This document shows, piece by piece, positions 19,544 through 30,286 of a DNA stretch of 64,000 nucleotides. The stretch is from Promethearchaeota archaeon (GTDB lineage: Archaea > Asgardarchaeota > Lokiarchaeia > Sigyniarchaeales > SOKP01). The notes under the pieces were generated by a model. The model did no database searches and had not been told where the DNA came from. It was given only the letters and a program-made list of their open reading frames with translations. Positions within the stretch are counted from its first letter, which is position 1. Each line of letters begins with the position of its first letter. Location: the NCBI GenBank assembly GCA_048938855.1, contig JBHLLT010000014.1, positions 18,230 to 82,229 of the forward strand, read 5' to 3'. The translations under genes and the position numbers were made by a program.

Positions 19544-20824
19544 TTATCTTTCTTCTTGTAGTAAATCTAAGATTCTATTTTTTGAATTTACTTCCATGAA
19601 GTTCACCTTTTGAGCATTGTGTCTAGATTCAAGGTAATGAAAATTGAAATACATTTTTCCTCTCATTGTATAAACTAGGACTGTGATTGCTCCCAACGCA
19701 AAGGATATTGCTCCATAAAATGATTCTATCGAAAACTTTTTGGAATCTAAATCAATACCCAATCGATCTAGAGACCCTAAATTTGTAATTGCAAAAGCTT
19801 CTTGAGGAACTACTACTTCGAAAAATAAAGGAGCTAGTTCTTTGAGGACATTTATTGAGACTCCTATATGAACTATTTTGTGGATTTTGTACACATTTTT
19901 ATCTCGTAAGGATAAACGCAATTTCTTTTGATACCTTTTAACGTTTTTCCAGAAATCATATTTATCTTTATATTTCATTTTCACTATAGCTGCACCCGCG
20001 TATAATCCAAAAGCTTCGCCAATTGGATAATTTAATCTCCCTCTCAGATTTACTGGGTTATTAATAATAGAGATCTCTGGCAAGAACGCAGTACAGATCG
20101 CACTATGAACTGAAACCCGTCTCATTTTACATAGGTGAATAAACAGATCAGTCTCCTCTTTAGATAAGTTCCATGAAATTAACCTCAAATCATTCTCCTT
20201 ATAATCAGAAGCATAATGTAGGTTTTCTTTTCTTGTACCATGTCTGAGAAAGTAATAAGTTTTTAAGAAAAATAAGAAAAATTTAGCGCGAAAAGCAGAT
20301 TTTGGGATTTTCTTTCTGATTTTTGAGGGAAAAATATCTTCTTTATTCATTGGTGAATTGATTGGAGATATTTCAATATTAGGATCATTTAAAAAGTCAA
20401 TGATATCTCTCATTAAAAAAGCCATAGACAAACCATCAGTAATTGTATGCTGAGCACAAAGTATCAGATCACTTCTTTCTAAAGAATGAAGAAGAGTGAC
20501 TCGAAATAGAGGTTTTACAGGATCGGTCATGTCGAATGGCGTTTCGAGATTTTTAAGAAATAATTTAGTAGTTTTTGACTCATTTTCAAATTTTAATGCT
20601 TTGATAGGGATTTCCTCAACATTTTTTGAGGTAAACCAGTAAAAATCTTCACTATTGCCTTCAATTCGGACTTTTAGTAATGGATGTTTTTCTTGAGCTT
20701 TCTCTAAGGCCAACTTTAGTTCATCTTCGAAGATTGAGCCCCTAATCGATAATACAACGACTAAATTGTAAGGTTGTCCAAGAGAGTAATTAAAATATTC
20801 TAAATCATTAAGTCTTCTTTCCAT
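19544..20824 (-). CDS. Condensation-domain / alcohol acyltransferase (PapA5/AATase-like)
   Basis: HPLL, HTITDG (HxxxDG catalytic motif), PVNLR and TNLG motifs. Confidence 0.8.
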   Translation of the reverse strand: MERRLNDLEYFNYSLGQPYNLVVVLSIRGSIFEDELKLALEKAQEKHPLLKVRIEGNSEDFYWFTSKNVEEIPIKALKFENESKTTKLFLKNLETPFDMTDPVKPLFRVTLLHSLERSDLILCAQHTITDGLSMAFLMRDIIDFLNDPNIEISPINSPMNKEDIFPSKIRKKIPKSAFRAKFFLFFLKTYYFLRHGTRKENLHYASDYKENDLRLISWNLSKEETDLFIHLCKMRRVSVHSAICTAFLPEISIINNPVNLRGRLNYPIGEAFGLYAGAAIVKMKYKDKYDFWKNVKRYQKKLRLSLRDKNVYKIHKIVHIGVSINVLKELAPLFFEVVVPQEAFAITNLGSLDRLGIDLDSKKFSIESFYGAISFALGAITVLVYTMRGKMYFNFHYLESRHNAQKVNFMEVNSKNRILDLLQEER

Positions 20825-21142
20825 CAGAATCTAACTCATTTATTGAGAAAATATTTCAATGAAATTACGTTTTTCAAAAATATTTATAGTATAAGTATTT
20901 ATTCATCTGTTTTAATTTTAACTCATACTCTTTCTTCTTTTGTTTGTATTATACAATGAAAAATTTATTGGTCTTTTTTTTATATATAGGCCATATCATA
21001 TCAGATACTTCTCATAATTCTATTTAAAATTCTGAACTATTATTTTAAATTGCTTTTCAAATCAAATTTAAAATTTAATTGTTTTTATTAAATTTTTTTT
21101 AGTTAGCAAGATTATTATAACAAAAGTTAAAAAACGTAATGA

Positions 21143-22828
21143 GTGAAATTATTAATGTTTGATAAAAATTATTTATATAAAATTCAACAAAAAAAGGAAA
21201 CATGGGAGAAAAAAGTCAAAGACGCAAAAGAACGCAATGTAAAATTTGTTACTGATTCTGATATTCCTATAAAGCAATTATATACGCCTTTAGATGTTAA
21301 AGGAGATTATTTTGAAAATGTAGGCTTTCCAGGATTGCCTCCCTTTACAAGGGGAGTATATCCAAACATGTATCGTGGAAGACTTTGGACCATGAGGTTA
21401 TTTTCTGGCCATGGAACTCCTGAGGAAACAAATAAAAGATGGAAATTTCTCTATGAAAATGGAGAGACTGGTTTTAGTGCTGCAGTGGATGCTCTAACGT
21501 TTAATGGGATTGATCCTACCAATAAAGATGGAGCTCCAGAAGTTGGAACATCAGGAGTGCCACTATATTGTATAGACAGTCTTTTTGCTCTTACGGAGGA
21601 TATTCCAATTGATAAAATAAGTGTTGCATTAGTTGTAGAGCCTTTTACATGTGCTCCTGTATGTTCAATGTATTTCAATATGGCACAAATGCGCGGATAT
21701 GACCTCAAACAATTGATGGGAACAACGCAAAATGATATACTTACAATGACAGTTGGATATATTCCATATAAGAATAGTCCTCCTAATCATATTCTCCGGC
21801 TGGCTTGCGATTTTATTGAGTGGACAGTTGCCCAAAAAAATGTACCACAATGGCACCCAATTAATTTCACAGGTTATAATTATCGAGAGGGAGGAATTGA
21901 TGCAGTACAAGAACTTGGTTTCGTATTCGCAAGTGCCTGTTCTCATATCGATAACATAATTGAGAGAGGGTGGAAAGCTGACGATTTTGTTGGGCGATTA
22001 GCATTTCATTTAGCAGCTCATAAAGACTTCTTTGAAGAAGTTGCTAAATTTAGAGCAGCAAGAAGAATTTGGTATAAATTAATGAAAGATAAATATGAAG
22101 TCAAAGATCCTAGAAATTTAGGCTTTCGATTCCATGTTCAAACCGCAGGTTCTTCCTTAACAGCTCAATCACCAAAAATTAATATTGTAAGAACTGCAAT
22201 CCAAGCATTAGAAGCTAACTTAGGTGGATGTCAATCATTACATACAAATTCTTATGATGAAGCTATTTGTTTACCCTCGGAAGAAGCAGCTTTAGTTGCT
22301 TTAAGAACTCAACAAGTAATTTCAGATGAAACTCGAATTCATAATACTATAGATCCTCTCGCTGGTTCATACTTTATTGAATGGTTAACGGATGAAGTTG
22401 AGGAGAGGGTATGGAAATATATTGATAAAATCCAATCAGTAGGTGCTATCGATAAAGCTCTTTCTACAGGGTTTTTATATAAAGAGATGAGAGATGCATT
22501 TCATAAACGAAGAGTGAAACTCGAGAGTGGTGATGAGATAATGTTAGGTGTAAACAAATATATTGTGCCTTATGACACTGTTACAGATGTTTTTAGAACA
22601 AATAAAGAAGCAATGGATATTGAGGTAAGAAGAATTGAAAAATTAAAAGCTCGAAGAGATAATGCGAAATTAGAAAAGATCTTTGACAAACTGAGAGATG
22701 TTTGTGAAAAAGAAGAAAATGTAATGCCCGTCGTTATGGAAGCTACCAAAGAAGGAGCAACTTGCGGGGAAGTGTGTAATATATACAGGGAAATCTGGGG
22801 AACTTGGGATCCTCCTTTAGCAATTTAA
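21143..22828 (+). CDS. Adenosylcobalamin-dependent acyl-CoA mutase, large subunit (MCM family, atypical specificity residues)
   Basis: PFTRG.YP.MY, QNDIL, FFEEVAKFRAARR, GG.QSLHTNSYDEA and DPLAGSY motifs. Likely ATG start at 21155. Confidence 0.92.
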   Translation: MKLLMFDKNYLYKIQQKKETWEKKVKDAKERNVKFVTDSDIPIKQLYTPLDVKGDYFENVGFPGLPPFTRGVYPNMYRGRLWTMRLFSGHGTPEETNKRWKFLYENGETGFSAAVDALTFNGIDPTNKDGAPEVGTSGVPLYCIDSLFALTEDIPIDKISVALVVEPFTCAPVCSMYFNMAQMRGYDLKQLMGTTQNDILTMTVGYIPYKNSPPNHILRLACDFIEWTVAQKNVPQWHPINFTGYNYREGGIDAVQELGFVFASACSHIDNIIERGWKADDFVGRLAFHLAAHKDFFEEVAKFRAARRIWYKLMKDKYEVKDPRNLGFRFHVQTAGSSLTAQSPKINIVRTAIQALEANLGGCQSLHTNSYDEAICLPSEEAALVALRTQQVISDETRIHNTIDPLAGSYFIEWLTDEVEERVWKYIDKIQSVGAIDKALSTGFLYKEMRDAFHKRRVKLESGDEIMLGVNKYIVPYDTVTDVFRTNKEAMDIEVRRIEKLKARRDNAKLEKIFDKLRDVCEKEENVMPVVMEATKEGATCGEVCNIYREIWGTWDPPLAI

Positions 22829-22845
22829 TTTTTGAGGTGTAAAGC

Positions 22846-23244
22846 ATGAGCGAGAAAAAGATAAGAGTTTTAATGTCTAAACCGGGTATAGATGGACATT
22901 GGCGCGGAGGTATTGTGGTCTCAAGAGCCATCAGAGATGCTGGTATGGAACTCATTTTTGGTGGTTTCCAAAATACACAGCAAATTGTTGAATCTGCAAT
23001 TCAAGAGGATGTTGATGTTATAGGATTAAGTATCCATTCTGGTGCTCATTTTGCATATACTCAGCAAGTTATTGATCTATTAAAAGAACGTGGAGTACTT
23101 GATAATATAATGATACTGGTTGGTGGTGTAGTTCCTGCTAAAGACTTTGCTAAGCTAAAAGAGATGGGGGTTGCTAATATATACGGACCCGGCTCAATGA
23201 CTTCGGATATTGTCGAATTTATCAAAACACATGTCAAAAAATAA
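22846..23244 (+). CDS. Acyl-CoA mutase cobalamin-binding small subunit
   Basis: KPGIDGHWRGG (DxHxxG), QEDVDVIGLS.HSGAH and GG motifs. Confidence 0.92.
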   Translation: MSEKKIRVLMSKPGIDGHWRGGIVVSRAIRDAGMELIFGGFQNTQQIVESAIQEDVDVIGLSIHSGAHFAYTQQVIDLLKERGVLDNIMILVGGVVPAKDFAKLKEMGVANIYGPGSMTSDIVEFIKTHVKK

Positions 23245-23315
23245 AAAAGACATGTAATATTTTTTTTAATCAATTTATAATTTTACAACTATTTCTTACT
23301 GAGGAATGTATTTCA

Positions 23316-24290
23316 TTGAATACTGCATATGATATTGATACATTAATTAGTAAATTCAAGCAAAAAGACAAAATTGCTTTGGCAAAATTAATAACACTTA
23401 TTGAAAATGAGCCAGAAAGAGCACATGAAGTGTTTAAACATTTTGAAGGGCAAATACATGATTCCTATATAATAGGTATTACTGGATCTCCTGGTGTTGG
23501 AAAAAGTACATTAACTGGAGCAATTTCGAAAAAATTACTAGAACAAGGAAAATCTGTGGGTATAATTTGCGTTGATCCTACGTCTCCTTTTAGTGGAGGG
23601 GCATTCTTGGGAGACAGAGTTCGAATGACAGAGATATCATTACATCCAAATGTATTTTTACGTAGTTTAGCATCGAGGGGTTATAAGGGAGGAATTTCAA
23701 GAGCGGTTTTTGACATTAGTTTATTATATGAAGCATATGGAATGGATGTAATTATTATTGAGACTGTAGGTGTTGGGCAAGCCGAATTTGACATATATAA
23801 TCTTGCTTATTCTGTAGTAGTAGTTTTAGTTCCTGGATATGGAGATGCTATTCAAATGCAAAAAGCTGGGATTATAGAAATTGGTGATATGTACAACATA
23901 AATAAAAAAGATTTAGGAGGAGAAGATATCGCAGTTCAAATTGAAATGATGCTTGATGATACTATATTTCAAAGTGGGTGGAGACCTCCAGTTTCTATGA
24001 CTGATGCAATTGCGGGCGAGGGAGTAGATGATCTTATCCAAAATATTTGGGACCATAAAGAGCATCTTGAACTATCAGAAGCTATTAATGAGAAAAAGAA
24101 AAATAGATTTACATATAAGATTAGAGAATTAATTTATACTAAAATTGAAAAACTTGTTTCAGAAAGTTTTCTTAATGAAAGCGAAATTAATGAGATTGTA
24201 AATCAAGCGGTAAACGATGGAAAATTCAAAATTTACCGTACAATCCATAATAAATTCGAAGATGTGAATTTTGAAATAAAGAAGAAGTAG
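23316..24290 (+). CDS. meaB: Mutase-associated GTPase chaperone MeaB/ArgK
   Basis: GSPGVGKST, VDPTSPFSGGAFLGDRVRM, ETVGVGQ and NKKD motifs. Confidence 0.93.
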   Translation: MNTAYDIDTLISKFKQKDKIALAKLITLIENEPERAHEVFKHFEGQIHDSYIIGITGSPGVGKSTLTGAISKKLLEQGKSVGIICVDPTSPFSGGAFLGDRVRMTEISLHPNVFLRSLASRGYKGGISRAVFDISLLYEAYGMDVIIIETVGVGQAEFDIYNLAYSVVVVLVPGYGDAIQMQKAGIIEIGDMYNINKKDLGGEDIAVQIEMMLDDTIFQSGWRPPVSMTDAIAGEGVDDLIQNIWDHKEHLELSEAINEKKKNRFTYKIRELIYTKIEKLVSESFLNESEINEIVNQAVNDGKFKIYRTIHNKFEDVNFEIKKK

Positions 24291-24422
24291 ATTCTTCTTT
24301 ATTTAATTGAAATTCCTTTCTATTTTTCAATAAATCTTTAAATAATTGAAAAATCATATAATAATATTCAGTACGTAAATTGAAAATAAATCTTTCATTT
24401 CTCTCAAAATTTCAATTGTAAG

Positions 24423-24908
24423 GTGGATGATATCACACAAATAGAAAAATTTCATAATTTGAATAGAGACCTTAAAGCTGAGAATCTAATTAGGGAAACT
24501 AAAATTCTTACTATTGGTAGATTAGCTAAAATATTAGTTGATTTATTTGGTTCTAATGAAATATTTAAATCAATTAGTGAAAAAGAAGGGCAAGAAATTG
24601 AAGTATGTTTTAAAGCTTTAAATGAATATTTGACTTTTGTTTTAACAACAGACAGAGAAAATTTTGATTGTTATGCCGATAGGGCTAAAAATCCAGTTTC
24701 TAGAGTTATAATAGCAGTTAAAGAAGATAAGATACTTCAAGTATTCAGTGCGATTGTAAGATCTAAAAATAATATTTTTGGATTGGCTAAATTATTGAAG
24801 TATATAATTCCTGGTAAAATAAGGATCAAAGGCTCATATCTTACCACTTTAAAATGGGTGAGATGTATAATGATAGGGAAGCATAGTATTTATAAAAATG
24901 ATAAATGA
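24423..24908 (+). CDS. SCP2 (sterol carrier)-like domain protein
   Basis: C-terminal GKIRIKGS..TLK resembles the SCP2 GKLKIxG motif; size fits. Confidence 0.5.
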   Translation: MDDITQIEKFHNLNRDLKAENLIRETKILTIGRLAKILVDLFGSNEIFKSISEKEGQEIEVCFKALNEYLTFVLTTDRENFDCYADRAKNPVSRVIIAVKEDKILQVFSAIVRSKNNIFGLAKLLKYIIPGKIRIKGSYLTTLKWVRCIMIGKHSIYKNDK

Positions 24909-24917
24909 GGTTTTAAA

Positions 24918-26066
24918 ATGAATTTGCAGAATGATCCTTTTTTGAGGATTTCAGATACAATTTTAAATCCTTATATAACAGAATGGCAAAAGAATAAAAA
25001 AAAAATCATAGGCCATTATTGTACCTATATTCCAGAAGAATTGTTATATGCTGCAGATTTATTACCTTACAGAATTAGGGCAACTGGACACGAACATACG
25101 AATTTAGCAGATATTTATATGGTAAGATTTACCTGCTCTTTTGTAAGAGCAACCTTAGATATGGCATTGAGAGGCATTTATGATTTTTTAGATGCTCTTT
25201 TCATTTGTAATTCTTGTGATCATTCTCGACGAATGTTTGAGTTATTTGATCTAAAAGTGTTTCGAAGGGAGGGATTTCTGAAAAAAGTTCAAAGATTTTA
25301 TGTTTCTACTCCTCATGTTATAACAGAAGAAGGCTTTAAATGGTACAAAAGAGAAATTGAAGAATTAAAAGAAAATATTGAGAAGAATTTCATTAATCGA
25401 AAAATTACTGACCATGATCTTCAATCTTCAATAGAAATCCATAATGAAAATCGCAATCTCCTTAGAAAAATTCATGAATTACGGATTATTGATGCACCTA
25501 AACTTAATGGAAGTGAAGCTTTGCAACTATCAATAGCGAATGCTTCTGTTCCTAAAAATATTGCCAATCAAGAGTTGAAAAGGATCTATAATGATTTAAA
25601 TGAAAAAGAAGGAATAAAGGAGAATTCTAAGAGAATAATGTTGATTGGTAGTGAAGTGGATGATATCACTTTTACCAAGCTTATTGAGAATTCGGGAGCA
25701 ATTTTAGTATCTGATTTCTTATGTTTTGGGACACGTAATTTTTTAGATGATGTAAAGACCGATGGGAATTCTCCACTAGAGAACATTATAAAAAGAGTAT
25801 ATTACAGAATGTCTTGTCCAAGAATGATGGATGATCATATAAGGAGATTGGAGTTTTTAAAAAAGGAAATTGATAGAGCAAAAGTCGATGGAGTCATATT
25901 ACAAAGAGTAAACAATTGTGATCTTTATGGATGTGAAAATATGATGTTAATTCATGAACTAAAGGAATTGGATATTCCAATTCTGAATATGGATAGAGAG
26001 TTTTACCAAACTGATACCACAAGAATGCAAACAAGAATAGAAGCATTTCTCGAAATGATTTCTTAA
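24918..26066 (+). CDS. 2-hydroxyacyl-CoA dehydratase / benzoyl-CoA reductase-type subunit (HgdB/BcrC-like)
   Basis: CTYIPEELL.AA, CSFVR, SCDHSRR, CDL and TRIEAFLEM motifs. Confidence 0.88.
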   Translation: MNLQNDPFLRISDTILNPYITEWQKNKKKIIGHYCTYIPEELLYAADLLPYRIRATGHEHTNLADIYMVRFTCSFVRATLDMALRGIYDFLDALFICNSCDHSRRMFELFDLKVFRREGFLKKVQRFYVSTPHVITEEGFKWYKREIEELKENIEKNFINRKITDHDLQSSIEIHNENRNLLRKIHELRIIDAPKLNGSEALQLSIANASVPKNIANQELKRIYNDLNEKEGIKENSKRIMLIGSEVDDITFTKLIENSGAILVSDFLCFGTRNFLDDVKTDGNSPLENIIKRVYYRMSCPRMMDDHIRRLEFLKKEIDRAKVDGVILQRVNNCDLYGCENMMLIHELKELDIPILNMDREFYQTDTTRMQTRIEAFLEMIS

Positions 26067-26106
26067 TAAATTGAAATAATTGACAAAAAGAGAGTAGTTA
26101 ATAATA

Positions 26107-27396
26107 ATGCCAAATAGTCTCGAATTGGAGAATCGAGTTATTCCAATTAGAATGCTTTATGAATCTATATCAACAACTCACCAATTAGTTAAAGGAATCC
26201 TACCTGAAAATGGAATACCAGAATTGAGAATAGCTCTTGAGAAGGTTAAATCTGTTTTAAAAAAAAACCTTGAAAAAGCAAAAGAAGGATTGCCTATTGT
26301 GGGATATCATTTTGCTATTCCTGCTGAATACCTTTCCTGTTTTGATTGTGTTCCTGTGTGTCTTGAAGGAACCGGTTATTATTTATCAACATTATTATTG
26401 GATGGCGTAGAGAAATATTATGATTTAATGATTAATTGGGGTCATCCCTTTCATACATGTACAGCACAAAAAGGTCCAATGGGAATGGCTTTAGATGATC
26501 TATTTCGATTTAACGCAATACTTACCCCTACAGCACCTTGCGATAACACGTGTGCATCCTATCCATTTTTTAGATTAGAAAAAAAATTCCCTTTGATAAT
26601 TGCTGATATGCCATTTCGTATAAATGAGAAGAGTTATGAATATTATGGTAACCAGCTTAAGCAAAGTTTATATGAATTGGGGAGAGTAATAGGTCAAGAA
26701 CCAGATTTTGAGAAGATGAAAACTCATATTGAAATTGAAAACCGAGTACAGAAAATTAGATTTGAAATATTTGAATTAACTAAAGCTATTCCTAGCCCTA
26801 TTTCAAATATCTATAATGCAGTTTCTGCGGGAACATTCATTCTTGTTTCTGGGACAAAAGAAAATTTAGCTTTTTATGAAGAAGTATTGGAAATTGTAAA
26901 AAAAAGATATAAAACCAAAAAACATCATGGTGGAGAAGAAAAAATAAGATCTATTTGGCCCTACATGGTTACTTATTTTGATATGTCTCTATGTGAATGG
27001 TTGGATAGAGAATTAGGTATGAGTGTACTATTTGATATTTTTAATTATAATTTTTCAGATCCAATAAATACCACTTCAGACTTGAATACCATGTTTTTTG
27101 ATATGGCAAGAAAAAGCATGGGATGGCCTATGGTTAAGCAATCTACTGATTTTTATTATGCCTCACTTGAAAATTGTCTTAAGATGGCAAAGGATTTTAG
27201 TGCTGATTGTTTTATTTATACGCAGAGTTTAGCTTGTAAACAGTTTGGTTCCTTTCCACAATTATTAAGAGAAATGCTTAAAGAAGAGCTTGGTATTCCT
27301 ATGCTACTTATCGAATTTGATGTAGGAGATAAAAGATTTACTCCTCTAAAGGTTATAAAAGAAAAAATAAAAATGTTTGCTCAAACACTAATGTGA
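26107..27396 (+). CDS. 2-hydroxyacyl-CoA dehydratase / benzoyl-CoA reductase-type subunit (HgdA/BcrB-like)
   Basis: CTAQKG, PCD and ACKQ Fe-S cysteines; GIP.L.IE.D..D.R motif. Confidence 0.85.
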   Translation: MPNSLELENRVIPIRMLYESISTTHQLVKGILPENGIPELRIALEKVKSVLKKNLEKAKEGLPIVGYHFAIPAEYLSCFDCVPVCLEGTGYYLSTLLLDGVEKYYDLMINWGHPFHTCTAQKGPMGMALDDLFRFNAILTPTAPCDNTCASYPFFRLEKKFPLIIADMPFRINEKSYEYYGNQLKQSLYELGRVIGQEPDFEKMKTHIEIENRVQKIRFEIFELTKAIPSPISNIYNAVSAGTFILVSGTKENLAFYEEVLEIVKKRYKTKKHHGGEEKIRSIWPYMVTYFDMSLCEWLDRELGMSVLFDIFNYNFSDPINTTSDLNTMFFDMARKSMGWPMVKQSTDFYYASLENCLKMAKDFSADCFIYTQSLACKQFGSFPQLLREMLKEELGIPMLLIEFDVGDKRFTPLKVIKEKIKMFAQTLM

Positions 27397-27505
27397 AATA
27401 TTCCACTGATTTTATCATACTACTTTCAAAAACCACAAGAAAACTCTTTAATAATATTAATTCTATATTTTAAATTAATATCTAATCTAAAATTGTGATA
27501 TTAAA

Positions 27506-28981
27506 ATGAATAATGGCGAAATAGTAGCTGAATTAGGAAAAATTGTAGGAGATCGGTATGTTTCTGATGAACCTGAAATACAATTTTTATATCATTATGA
27601 TTTTATTACAGCAGAGCCAGAAGGTAAATGCGATGTTGTTATAATGCCTCAAACCGCTGAGGAAGTTCAAGAAATTATAAAATTTGCAAATAAAAATAAA
27701 ATTCCTGTTGTACCTTGGGTATCAGGAATAAATTTTGGTTCTATAGCTACTCCTAGAAAAGGTGGGGTCGTAGTTGATTTACGTCGGATGAATCGTATAT
27801 TAGAAGTAAATGAAGATGATATGTATGCTGTAATTGAAGCAGGAACGACATGGGCTGATTTGAAAGGATATCTTGACAAACATCATCCTAATTTTAGAGC
27901 AGGTGTTACCTTTTCACCACCGGGCACTGGGGTCATTCCATCTTGTTTATGTTATGGAATGTTTGATCTTGGCATGATTGGGGGAACTGGAGCAGAATTT
28001 ATAAATGGAATGGAAGTTGTATTAGGTTCGGGAGAATTGATAAAGGTTGGATCTTGTAGTCTCTCAAATTATTGGTATGGTAGACAACCATTACCTGATT
28101 TAGCTGGATTGTTTATAGGATGGGAAGGAGCAACAGGAATAGTTACTAAAGCTGCTATTAAATTGTGGCCTAAATTACCTTATAGAACTGATTACTTACC
28201 AATAGGATCAAAAATGGAAAATGGAGTTCCTATGATGCTTAAACTCTCAAAAGCAGGTTTAGGAATCTGCGATCTTGTTTTTCTTAATATGGGGTGGGCA
28301 CAGGCTTGTCAAGGTTTTTTTGAGAATAATGTAGCTATAGATCCGGCTGCGTTGGGTTTACCAGATTTTTTAGGATTAATAACAACACAAGCATTTACAG
28401 AGGATCAACATAAAGCTCAATGTAAAGCTATTGAATCAATTTGCAATGAATATAAAATAGAACCTTTAACTTCTGAAGTTCAAATGAACACCTTTCCAAG
28501 AGATATGAGAGGTATATTTATGAATTTAACTCCAGTTACGGGTGGTCAGACTCCACTTCAAGTTTGGGGTTGTTGGAATTTTGCACGGGGTGGTGGTGGC
28601 GAATGGATTGGATCATATTGTTCAACACGCGATATTGTAAAATATTATAATTTATCAAGAGAAGTATGTCTCAAGTATGGTAAACCTCCTCAATTCTATA
28701 GTAGAATTATGTTTGGTGGACATTATTGTGTTGCTCGAACAAATGTATGCTTCAATAAAAGTGATCCTGAAGATATTAATAAAGCGAGATTAATATTAAA
28801 AGAAATTCATGATGCCGTTCAAAAATTAGATGGTGCTGTTATGTATAAAGCTCCATTGTGGGTAATAGAATATTATAAAAATAAAACTCATCCTGCTACA
28901 ACCAAATTGATTAGTAAACTCAAAAATCTGCTTGATCCTAATGGAATAATGAACCCAGGGCATGGAATTGGAGGTGATTGA
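27506..28981 (+). CDS. FAD-binding oxidoreductase (GlcD/VAO family)
   Basis: VDLRRMNRILE, EAG, GMEVVL..G, EGATGIVTK and LDPNGIMNPG motifs. Confidence 0.9.
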   Translation: MNNGEIVAELGKIVGDRYVSDEPEIQFLYHYDFITAEPEGKCDVVIMPQTAEEVQEIIKFANKNKIPVVPWVSGINFGSIATPRKGGVVVDLRRMNRILEVNEDDMYAVIEAGTTWADLKGYLDKHHPNFRAGVTFSPPGTGVIPSCLCYGMFDLGMIGGTGAEFINGMEVVLGSGELIKVGSCSLSNYWYGRQPLPDLAGLFIGWEGATGIVTKAAIKLWPKLPYRTDYLPIGSKMENGVPMMLKLSKAGLGICDLVFLNMGWAQACQGFFENNVAIDPAALGLPDFLGLITTQAFTEDQHKAQCKAIESICNEYKIEPLTSEVQMNTFPRDMRGIFMNLTPVTGGQTPLQVWGCWNFARGGGGEWIGSYCSTRDIVKYYNLSREVCLKYGKPPQFYSRIMFGGHYCVARTNVCFNKSDPEDINKARLILKEIHDAVQKLDGAVMYKAPLWVIEYYKNKTHPATTKLISKLKNLLDPNGIMNPGHGIGGD

Positions 28982-30233
28982 TTTGAAAAAGGAAAATCAT
29001 TTGAAATATATTAAAAATATGGGAATAACTGAACTAGATCTATTCGCAGATCGGATGAAATTAGAAAGAAAAAAAAATTTGGAATATTATAAAGATATTC
29101 TTTATCAATGTGGAAAATGTGGAACTTGTCGAACTGGTTTTCAAGAAGAAGGTTGGTATCGTGTTTGTCCTTCTGGAGAATATGGAAAATTCGAAGCCTA
29201 TTACTTAGGAGGAAAAAATCTGCTATCTTGGGCAGTTTCATCAGATCGTTTAAATTGGACCGATAACCTATCCAAAATATTTTATCAATGTTCGTTATGT
29301 TTGGCTTGTACTCAACAATGTCAAATCCCTGACATTCACCATTATGCAGGAGAATGGTTAATGGCAATGAGAGAAGAAGCTGTTCAGAAAGGCTTAGGAC
29401 CAATGCCACAACAAAAAAAGTATTCTGAACATGTTGCTTTAGAATACAATCCTTATATGGAAAAGCATATAGATAGAACAAACTGGCTACCTTCTCATAT
29501 ACAACAATCTCCAGATGCAAAATTAGCATATTTTGTTGGATGTACGACTAGTTATAGAGAACAAAATATCGCAATTAACACAGCAGAAATATTAAATACA
29601 CTTCAAGTCGATTTTAGAATACTTAAAGATGAACATTGCTGTGGATCTCCCATTTATATGACTGGTCAAACTGAACAAGCAAAGCAAATTGCTGAGACTA
29701 ATGTAAATACCTTTATAAATGAGGGGATTGAAAAAATTATTACATCATGCGCTGGCTGTTATCGAATGTTAAAAGAAACATACCCAAAGAAATTTGAGCT
29801 TAAACATGATATTGAGATACTTCATCTACCTGAGTTTATTCAAGATAAATTGAACAATAATGAAATAAAATTCAATAACAATTTAAATATGAAGATTACA
29901 TATCATGATCCTTGTCATATTGGTCGTCACATGGGAATCTATGAACCTCCAAGAGAAGTCTTGAAGAACATTCCAGGAATTGAATTGATTGAAATGCCGA
30001 GAAATAGACAAAATGCATGGTGTTGTGGTTCTGGGGGAGGTGTGAGATCAGCTTTTAAAGATTTATCTAGCTTTGCTGCGAACGAAAGAATTGAGGAAGC
30101 AAAAGAAACTAAAGCTGAAGCTATAGTCTCCTGCTGTCCATTCTGTTTAAATCAATTTAATGCCAATATTAAAGATGATAGCATTAAAACCTATGATCTT
30201 TCAGAATTAATAAATAAGGCAATTAAGAGATAA
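28962..30233 (+). CDS. Fe-S oxidoreductase with CCG domains (GlcF/HdrD-like)
   Basis: Two 4Fe-4S motifs, CCG, YHDPCH and CCGSGGG. Likely true start TTG at 28983 after GGAGGTGA. Confidence 0.9.
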   Translation: MELEVIDLKKENHLKYIKNMGITELDLFADRMKLERKKNLEYYKDILYQCGKCGTCRTGFQEEGWYRVCPSGEYGKFEAYYLGGKNLLSWAVSSDRLNWTDNLSKIFYQCSLCLACTQQCQIPDIHHYAGEWLMAMREEAVQKGLGPMPQQKKYSEHVALEYNPYMEKHIDRTNWLPSHIQQSPDAKLAYFVGCTTSYREQNIAINTAEILNTLQVDFRILKDEHCCGSPIYMTGQTEQAKQIAETNVNTFINEGIEKIITSCAGCYRMLKETYPKKFELKHDIEILHLPEFIQDKLNNNEIKFNNNLNMKITYHDPCHIGRHMGIYEPPREVLKNIPGIELIEMPRNRQNAWCCGSGGGVRSAFKDLSSFAANERIEEAKETKAEAIVSCCPFCLNQFNANIKDDSIKTYDLSELINKAIKR

Positions 30234-30286
30234 AACTATAAATCCTCTTTTTTTTATTATCTTTATAGAATCATAATTGGAATTTT

